From positions 20,668 through 84,667 of the IMG/VR virus record IMGVR_UViG_3300021958_000042: DNA of 64,000 bases; one strand, 5' to 3'. This DNA comes from a virus. Its lineage: Duplodnaviria > Caudoviricetes. This document shows positions 59,750 to 64,000 of this stretch, in pieces. The translations under genes were made by a program, and so were the position numbers. Under the pieces are notes generated by a model. The model ran no database searches, was not told the origin of the DNA, and was given only the letters and a program-made list of their open reading frames with translations. Each line of letters begins with the position of its first letter. Within the stretch, counting starts at the first letter, position 1.

Positions 59750-60538
59750 TTAATATCCTGCCTTTACATCACTTCTGGTTATCAATTGTACTTCTTGGAA
59801 AGTCATACTCAGGTTTACAACCGATGGAGCTCCACTAGATGCAAACATTCCAAACGAACCATTTCCACCAAATTCAACATCAAAGTCAGTTAATACACAT
59901 GGTTTTATTTTATTTAAATGTTTAGATTCTACGCCATCTATCATATATTTTAATTCAAAGTAATTTGGGGGAGTAAAAAAGTTACCAGCGTTTCCAGACA
60001 ATTCTGGAGACATATTCATTCTAAAAAATTCTATTATGTTGGTAAGTACATCCGATTCTTTTTCTGACTTGGGCATTAAATTATACGCATAAGAAAAACT
60101 TCTATATTCTGGGCCCTGATACAAAGTATGTCTATTTGCAGCTGCTGTCGATCTACCTAATGCTTGTGCAGCAAGTGTTGCGGATTCTCCACCGGCACCA
60201 AGACTAGCAGTTAGTGCATCTGTTGCGCCTCCGGTAATTCCTTTTATTGTTTTTAATAACCCAGACATTTCTGGTGGATTATCGGCGTTTCCCTGTTCAA
60301 AGATATTTGCAATTCCCGACAGCGCAGTACCATCGTTAGTATTTTGAAAATTTTGTTTTGTCGTATTTTTAATATTTTCTGGAAGAAACAACTGAACAGT
60401 ACCGACTACTTCCTGTGAAGGTTGGTCATCTCTGGATTTAACTTTTGTATATCCAGCAACTCGCCCCGAATATGCAGTAAACAATAAATGATCTCCGGCG
60501 TTTGGGCCAGATTCAATTGGATAGGTGTAACCTGCCAT
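59750..60538 (-). CDS. gp48: Baseplate tail-tube cap gp48
   Basis: LYQGPEYRSFSY.Y.L.PKSEKES..L..II.FF, F..P.YF...Y, HL.KIKPCVLT...V. Confidence 0.85.
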   Translation of the reverse strand: MAGYTYPIESGPNAGDHLLFTAYSGRVAGYTKVKSRDDQPSQEVVGTVQLFLPENIKNTTKQNFQNTNDGTALSGIANIFEQGNADNPPEMSGLLKTIKGITGGATDALTASLGAGGESATLAAQALGRSTAAANRHTLYQGPEYRSFSYAYNLMPKSEKESDVLTNIIEFFRMNMSPELSGNAGNFFTPPNYFELKYMIDGVESKHLNKIKPCVLTDFDVEFGGNGSFGMFASSGAPSVVNLSMTFQEVQLITRSDVKAGY

Positions 60539-60551
60539 ATTAAAAATTCTC

Positions 60552-60558
60552 CTAAATA
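60552..60558 (+). promoter_or_regulatory. Candidate late promoter CTAAATA for the rightward gp4-gp2 operon
   Basis: CCTAAATAG in the 45-bp divergent gap; a TTAAATA variant lies at 60560-60566. Confidence 0.45.
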
Positions 60559-60566
60559 GTTAAATA

Positions 60567-60574
60567 TATTTATA
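60567..60574 (-). promoter_or_regulatory. T4-type late promoter TATAAATA for the leftward baseplate operon
   Basis: Perfect octamer on the minus strand upstream of gp48, with a GGAGAA RBS. Confidence 0.75.
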
Positions 60575-60592
60575 AAGGTTTTTTTGATTGAA

Positions 60593-61033
60593 ATGAGAAG
60601 ATTTACATATAAAGGAAAATACAACCCAAAACACCCACAAAAATATGTAGGCAATGTTAAAAATATTGTTTATCGATCCATGTGGGAAAGAAGGTTTATG
60701 AAATACTGTGACAATAATCCAGAAGTCCTTGTTTGGTCAAGTGAAGAGCTCGTAATACCCTATTTATCTCCAATCGATAGAAAGATGCACAGATATTATC
60801 CAGATTTTTTGATAAAGGTGAAAAGAAACGATTCAACACAGACAGTTGTAGTAGAAGTGAAACCAAAAAGAGAAACCAAACCACCAAAAAAGAAACAAAA
60901 AATTACACCTAGATATTTAAGTGAAATGAAAACATGGTCAGTAAATGAAGCAAAATGGAAAGCTGCAAATGAATTTTGTAAAGACAGAAGATGGGAATTT
61001 AAAATTATGACAGAAGATCAGTTAGGAAGATAA
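60593..61033 (+). CDS. gp4: Head completion nuclease gp4 (TnsA-like fold)
   Basis: YKGKY.PK.P.KY.G....IVYRS.WER.FM.YCD.NP.VL.WSSEE..IPY.SP.D...HRYYPDF, VEVKP, N.AKW.AA..FC....W.FKI.TE. ATG at 60593 preferred over the TTG at 60584. Confidence 0.93.
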   Translation: MRRFTYKGKYNPKHPQKYVGNVKNIVYRSMWERRFMKYCDNNPEVLVWSSEELVIPYLSPIDRKMHRYYPDFLIKVKRNDSTQTVVVEVKPKRETKPPKKKQKITPRYLSEMKTWSVNEAKWKAANEFCKDRRWEFKIMTEDQLGR

Positions 61034-61034
61034 T

Positions 61035-61607
61035 ATGGCAAACTTCGCACCACTCTTAGCAAGACTTGCACAAAGAGGAATACAACCAAATACCAATGCA
61101 GCCAGAGAATGGTTCAGAAAAAAGGTAAGAGAAACTAGAATTAGTAGAAATGCGCTTCTATCAGATTCTGATAGAAAGGCTGGCGGACTGCAAGTTGGAC
61201 ATATGTATTGTTACAACTACGATCCGAAATTTGCAAAAAAACTACCATACTATGATGAGTTTCCTCTCATATTTGTGATAGAAAGAACATCTAAAGGATT
61301 TGTAGGAATTAATTTGCATTATGTATCTCCAAGAAATAGAATTGCAATTATGAACGCATTAGATAAGACAGTCCGAGGCAGAAACTATGATGAGAAAACA
61401 AAATTGGCAATTTCTTATAATATCCTAAAAGGTTTGTCTAAATATAACATGATAAAACCATGTGTAAAAAAATATCTATATGGACATGTTAAAGGTAATT
61501 TTGTGAAGATAGATGCAAACGAATGGGATGTTGCATTATTTTTACCAGTACAAAAATTTAGAAAAGCAGCTGCGTCCAAAGTTTGGTCAGATTCTGCAAG
61601 AAGATAG
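61035..61607 (+). CDS. gp2: DNA end protector protein gp2
   Basis: G.MY.Y.YDPK....LPYYD.FPLIF, GF.GINLHY..P..R, KPCVKKYL..HV...F..I...EWD.ALFLP...F.KA....VW.DS. Confidence 0.92.
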   Translation: MANFAPLLARLAQRGIQPNTNAAREWFRKKVRETRISRNALLSDSDRKAGGLQVGHMYCYNYDPKFAKKLPYYDEFPLIFVIERTSKGFVGINLHYVSPRNRIAIMNALDKTVRGRNYDEKTKLAISYNILKGLSKYNMIKPCVKKYLYGHVKGNFVKIDANEWDVALFLPVQKFRKAAASKVWSDSARR

Positions 61608-61614
61608 GATTAAA

Positions 61615-62175
61615 ATGGGAAGTATAACTGATTTTGTTTCCGAAATTAATAGAACTGGATTTTCCAGAGCAAATCGCTATGAAATGATGTTCATAGTGCC
61701 AACTGCAGTAAATGGTTTGTCGCCGGGCCTAAGCAGATCTCTAACATATAGAATAGCATCTGTCAACATACCAAGTAAATCAATCGCAACTACAGAAACC
61801 AAAGTATATGGCCCAGTAAGACAGGCCCCATATTCTACGACATATGACCAATTAACTTTTAGTATGTATCTCAGTAAAGATTTGCGCGAGAGAAAATCTA
61901 TGGAAAACTGGATGCATTATATTGTGGATTATGATAATCATAAAATAAGATATTTAAATGAATATAAGGGATCAATATATTTGTCAGTTTTTGATGAACA
62001 GGATAATAGAACAGCATACTACCATTTCATGGAGGCATTTCCACTATCAATTGGAGAGGTTGCGTTAGCATACGCAAATGAAGATGTAGCACAATGTCAG
62101 ATAACAATGTCATATAGAAAATATATAGAAACTGACTCAAAACAGTGGCAGGCTGCTAATGGAAGCTATTATTAA
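61615..62175 (+). CDS. Tail-tube-family protein (gp54/gp19-like tube initiator)
   Basis: GFSRANRYE..F..P, SVNIP.K.I.T.E...YG.....PY...Y..LT..MY, E.FPL.I..V.L.Y....V....ITM.YR. Start placed at the ATG at 61615, after the gp2 stop. Confidence 0.8.
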   Translation: MGSITDFVSEINRTGFSRANRYEMMFIVPTAVNGLSPGLSRSLTYRIASVNIPSKSIATTETKVYGPVRQAPYSTTYDQLTFSMYLSKDLRERKSMENWMHYIVDYDNHKIRYLNEYKGSIYLSVFDEQDNRTAYYHFMEAFPLSIGEVALAYANEDVAQCQITMSYRKYIETDSKQWQAANGSYY

Positions 62176-62177
62176 GA

Positions 62178-62185
62178 GATAAATA
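62178..62185 (+). promoter_or_regulatory. Candidate late promoter GATAAATA
   Basis: ATAAATA core upstream of gp26, with a GAGGA RBS. Confidence 0.55.
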
Positions 62186-62223
62186 AACAGAAGTATTATA
62201 ATATTAATTTATGAGGAATAATT

Positions 62224-62949
62224 ATGTTACCAAGAATTGATACACCCACGTATGAATTGACATTACCATCAACTAAGAAGAAACTAAAATTCAGACCATT
62301 CTTAGTAAAAGAAGAGAAGATTCTTCTGATGGCACAAGAAGGAGATACATCAGAAGAAAAAATTGATGCTGTTAAACAGATTATAAGAAATTGTATTTTA
62401 CAAGATATCGATGTAGATAGATTATCAACATTTGATATTGAATATATTTTCATCCAATTGAGATCAAAATCAGTTGGAAATATTATACAGCTAAACTATA
62501 AAAGAGAAAATTGTGCAGATAAGGAAGATGGGGCAGGGGATTGTCAAATACCTTTTCTTTTAAACTTAGACGATACTAAGATTGAAAATATGACACAAGA
62601 TCACTCAAATGAAATAGTTTTAACAGATGATATTTCAATTTTAATGAAATATCCAGATTTTTCTTTGATGAATCAGTTGGTAGATGCAGAATCATACGAT
62701 GATTTGGTTGAATTGATTGCTAATTGTATAGAGTTTATAAAAGACTCTGACGAAATGCATAATGTGTCTGACTACACTAGTCAGGATGTGAAAGATTTTA
62801 TTGAGAATTTGACACAGAATCAATTTGAGAAAATTAATGAATTTTTTGAAAACATGCCAGAAACAACTTGTGACGTAAATATCACCTGTTCAAAATGTGG
62901 CTTTAAAAAAGAAATGAAAGTGAGGGGTATTTCCGATTTTTTTTCCTAA
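62224..62949 (+). CDS. gp26: Baseplate hub assembly protein gp26
   Basis: MLP.I.TP.YEL.LPST...KFRPFLVKEEKILLMA, L.TFDIEYIF.QLRSKSVG, MKYP, QF.KI..FF..MP, C..CG......G...FF. Confidence 0.92.
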   Translation: MLPRIDTPTYELTLPSTKKKLKFRPFLVKEEKILLMAQEGDTSEEKIDAVKQIIRNCILQDIDVDRLSTFDIEYIFIQLRSKSVGNIIQLNYKRENCADKEDGAGDCQIPFLLNLDDTKIENMTQDHSNEIVLTDDISILMKYPDFSLMNQLVDAESYDDLVELIANCIEFIKDSDEMHNVSDYTSQDVKDFIENLTQNQFEKINEFFENMPETTCDVNITCSKCGFKKEMKVRGISDFFS

Positions 62950-63131
62950 GCTTAAATCATGAATCCCTGGCGTCTTTGTATAGGAATAATTTTGCGTTAA
63001 TGCACCACCATAAATATAGTTTAACTGAGTTGAATGATATGATTCCTTGGGAAAGAGAAGTATATCTTAATTTATTGATTAGTTATTTAGAAGAAGAAAA
63101 AAGAAGAAAAGAACAACTTAAAAATCAATAA
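62937..63131 (+). CDS. gp51: gp51-like baseplate hub assembly protein, in the -1 frame of gp26 (absent from the ORF track)
   Basis: Frame starting at 62937 reads FFFLSLNHESLASLYRNNFALMHHHKYSLTELNDMIPWEREVYLNLLISYLEEEKRRKEQLKNQ*. NFAL.HH.KYSL.EL..MIPWERE.Y is the short gp51 signature of marine T4-like phages. First in-frame ATG is at 63000. Confidence 0.8.
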   Translation, partial: FFFLSLNHESLASLYRNNFALMHHHKYSLTELNDMIPWEREVYLNLLISYLEEEKRRKEQLKNQ

Positions 63132-63142
63132 GGAACTATAAC

Positions 63143-63466
63143 ATGACCAAAACACTCGAAACCGACAGCGTATTAAATAATGCAGATGCGAATGGAGATA
63201 ATGTTATAAGCAATGATGAATTGGCGAGACATGAAAAAATGTTGAAAATTGAAAATGAAGATAAAAAAGAAGATCAAATTAGATCCATGGCATGGTTTGC
63301 ATTGGCAGGCATGCTGCTATATCCGTTTGCAGTAGTGATTGCAGATTTTGTTGAATTAGATAATGCAGCAAAAATATTAGGTGATATGGCACCAACATAT
63401 TTTGTGTCAGTCGCAGCATTAGTTGCAGCATTCTTCGGCGCACAAGCATATACTAAAGGCAAATAA
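63143..63466 (+). CDS. 107-aa membrane protein with an EF-hand-like loop and two predicted TM helices
   Basis: DANGDNVISNDE loop; hydrophobic stretches AWFALAGMLLYPFAVVI and YFVSVAALVAAFFGA; AGGA RBS. Confidence 0.75.
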   Translation: MTKTLETDSVLNNADANGDNVISNDELARHEKMLKIENEDKKEDQIRSMAWFALAGMLLYPFAVVIADFVELDNAAKILGDMAPTYFVSVAALVAAFFGAQAYTKGK

Positions 63467-64000
63467 ATGGCAGATCTTGCACCAGTAACAGAAAAACTGA
63501 TAAAACAAAATCAAGAAGAACTAGCAAAGTCTGTAAAGGATGCAAGTACGTCCTTACAGTCTGCTGGTGCAAGACAAGCTCTTACAGAAATTGCATCTAT
63601 TTTTGAAGAACAATCTGGAGTGTCAGTAAAAGAATTTAAACAGAGCAGAGATAAAATCACTGCACTGTCATCATCTTTGGATGATATGGATACTGTATCA
63701 AATACTGAAAGAAAAATACTTGAAGATATTCTTAAAAATTCCCAGACAAGTATAAAAGAAAACGCAAACTTCAAAAAAAGCATTGGGGAATTAACATCCA
63801 ATGCAGTTAAGTCTGGACTAGATGGTGTGGGCGGAATGTTAACTGGCGCACTTGCTCAAAGTCCTATTCTGGCTCTTGGTGCAAGTTTTCTTGGAGATCG
63901 TGTAAAACAATTTAGAGAAAGACGGGCGGCCGCCAAAGAAGAAGAAAATCAGAGAATAGAGAGAATAAAACAAGAAACCGAAATCGAGAAAAAAGAATTT
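63467..64000 (+). CDS. Partial probable tape measure protein (gp29-like), runs off the right edge
   Basis: ATG at 63467 abuts the previous stop. Manual translation MADLAPVTEKLIKQNQEELAK...GLDGVGGMLTGALAQSPILALGASFLG...KEEENQRIERIKQE is open, helical and follows gp26/gp51. Confidence 0.6.
   Translation, partial: MADLAPVTEKLIKQNQEELAKSVKDASTSLQSAGARQALTEIASIFEEQSGVSVKEFKQSRDKITALSSSLDDMDTVSNTERKILEDILKNSQTSIKENANFKKSIGELTSNAVKSGLDGVGGMLTGALAQSPILALGASFLGDRVKQFRERRAAAKEEENQRIERIKQETEIEKKEF

Noticed and set aside
60593-61033. TnsA-like nuclease as evidence of a transposon or homing endonuclease
   Set aside because: Sequence and position next to gp2 match the T4 head-completion protein gp4; there are no terminal repeats or transposase.
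61513-61614. Track's N-terminal extension of the tube-initiator ORF
   Set aside because: It overlaps gp2 by about 95 nt; the ATG at 61615, just after the gp2 stop with AGGA upstream, is the more plausible start.
62950-63131. gp51-like ORF as a pseudogene or assembly error
   Set aside because: The reading frame is intact with conserved motifs, and the junction has slippery-site plus SD features. An error cannot be fully excluded without reads, so it is kept as a frameshift candidate instead.
1-64000. tRNA, rRNA, group I intron or intein
   Set aside because: Intergenic gaps are all under 90 nt, no cloverleaf was seen, ORFs are uninterrupted, and no LAGLIDADG, HNH or Hint splicing motifs were recognised.

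Overview
This is an AT-rich segment of a large T4-like myovirus, and it is essentially all virion morphogenesis genes. On the minus strand (60.5 kb down to 1) are a T4-like baseplate core (gp48, gp53, a gp27-like hub, gp5, gp25, gp6, gp7, gp8), a DUF4815/VrlC-like giant and about 38 kb of very large fibre/peripheral proteins. These include a four-member paralog family with a shared scaffold and swapped inserts, a 2325-aa acidic 14-residue-repeat protein, a Gly-rich adhesin ending in a CFI-box-CTERM domain, a displaced PAAR gene and two NLYYT-repeat fibres. On the plus strand (60.6 kb to the end) are gp4, gp2, a tail-tube-initiator-like gene, gp26, a gp51-like ORF, an EF-hand/2-TM protein and the start of a probable tape measure gene. 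T4-type late promoters (TATAAATA and variants) precede most transcription units. The strongest second-look items are: (1) a candidate programmed -1 frameshift fusing gp26 to the gp51-like ORF, (2) the four-paralog scaffold family with G7 tracts and high-GC3 patches, (3) a gp5 carrying two different peptidoglycan hydrolases, one nested inside a split binding module, (4) the CFI-box-CTERM adhesin and (5) the giant acidic repeat protein. No tRNA, rRNA, CRISPR array, integrase, intron or intein was recognised. All family assignments come from motif recognition by eye; no database searches were run.
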